Below, piece by piece: positions 63,525 to 64,000 of a stretch of DNA of 64,000 nt (the stretch's first letter is position 1; every line of letters begins with the position of its first letter). This DNA comes from Callorhinchus milii (Eukaryota). Where the stretch lies: NCBI RefSeq assembly GCF_018977255.1, contig NW_024704742.1, positions 44,518,001 to 44,582,000 on the forward strand, read 5' to 3'. Below the pieces are notes generated by a model. The model made no database searches and was not told where the DNA came from. It saw only the letters and a list, made by a program, of their open reading frames with translations. The position numbers and the translations under genes are program-made.

Positions 63525-63788
63525 TTATGGCAGGCGGGCTTTCAGCCACTCTGCTCCCATGCTCTGAAACTCCATCCTGCAGTCCCTCCGCCTCGCTCCC
63601 TCCCTTGCCTCTTTCAAGACCTATCTCAAGACCCTCCTCTTCGACCGTGCCTTCAATCACCCTCCTTCCCCCCCATCCTCCACCCTCCCCAATCCCGAGC
63701 CCCAACTCAGGTCCAAAACATGGCCTGTCCAGTGCCTTGGGACATCATCCCGACGTGAAAGGCACTATACAAATGTAATTTTGTTGTT
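63525..63788 (+). mobile_element. L2 3' end
   Basis: ctcaagaccctcctcttcgacc..gggacatcatcccgacgtgaaaggcactatacaaatgtaattttgttgtt. Confidence 0.88.
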
Positions 63789-63811
63789 ATATACAACCAG
63801 TGTTTTACTTC

Positions 63812-64000
63812 ATAGAATCATAGAATTATACAGCACAGAAGGAGGCTATTCAGACCATCGTGTCTGTGCTGGCTCTTTGAAAGAGCTGTCCAAATTAGCC
63901 CCACTTCCCCGCTCTCTCCCCATAACCCTACAAGTTTGTCCTCCCAAAATATTTATCTATTTCTCTCTTGAAACTCATTGTCAAATTGGCTTCCACCATC
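63812..64000 (-). mobile_element. CR1 3' UTR (runs off window)
   Basis: catagaatcatagaattatacagcacagaaggaggc tail. Confidence 0.9.

Noticed and set aside
1..64000. ORF-track entries as real genes or a prokaryotic defence/CRISPR system
   Set aside because: ORFs are short, overlapping and frameshifted LINE fragments or chance frames; there is no operon structure and no repeat-spacer array.

Overview
Eukaryotic (vertebrate) non-coding DNA, not a prokaryotic locus. The repeat content (CR1 and L2 LINE relics, Deu-domain SINEs with (ATT)n tails and a tRNA-Ala-like SINE) points to a cartilaginous fish, most likely a chimaera/elephant shark (inference). Almost every ORF in the track is a decayed LINE reverse-transcriptase/endonuclease fragment or a chance ORF. 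I found no intact protein-coding gene, RNA gene or CRISPR array, so the window looks like a large intron or intergenic region, with a few low-confidence candidate micro/terminal exons and repeat-free blocks that may be conserved non-coding elements. The least explained signals are: (i) two ~170-bp modules at ~56.8 kb and ~63.3 kb that share 12-19 bp motifs in shuffled order and orientation, and (ii) a CpG-retaining, internally repetitive, hairpin-rich island at ~54.0-54.5 kb. Several nested retroelement insertions with readable junctions and a large L2 inverted repeat are also present. Repeat boundaries were read by eye and are approximate (tens of bp) unless a junction sequence is quoted.
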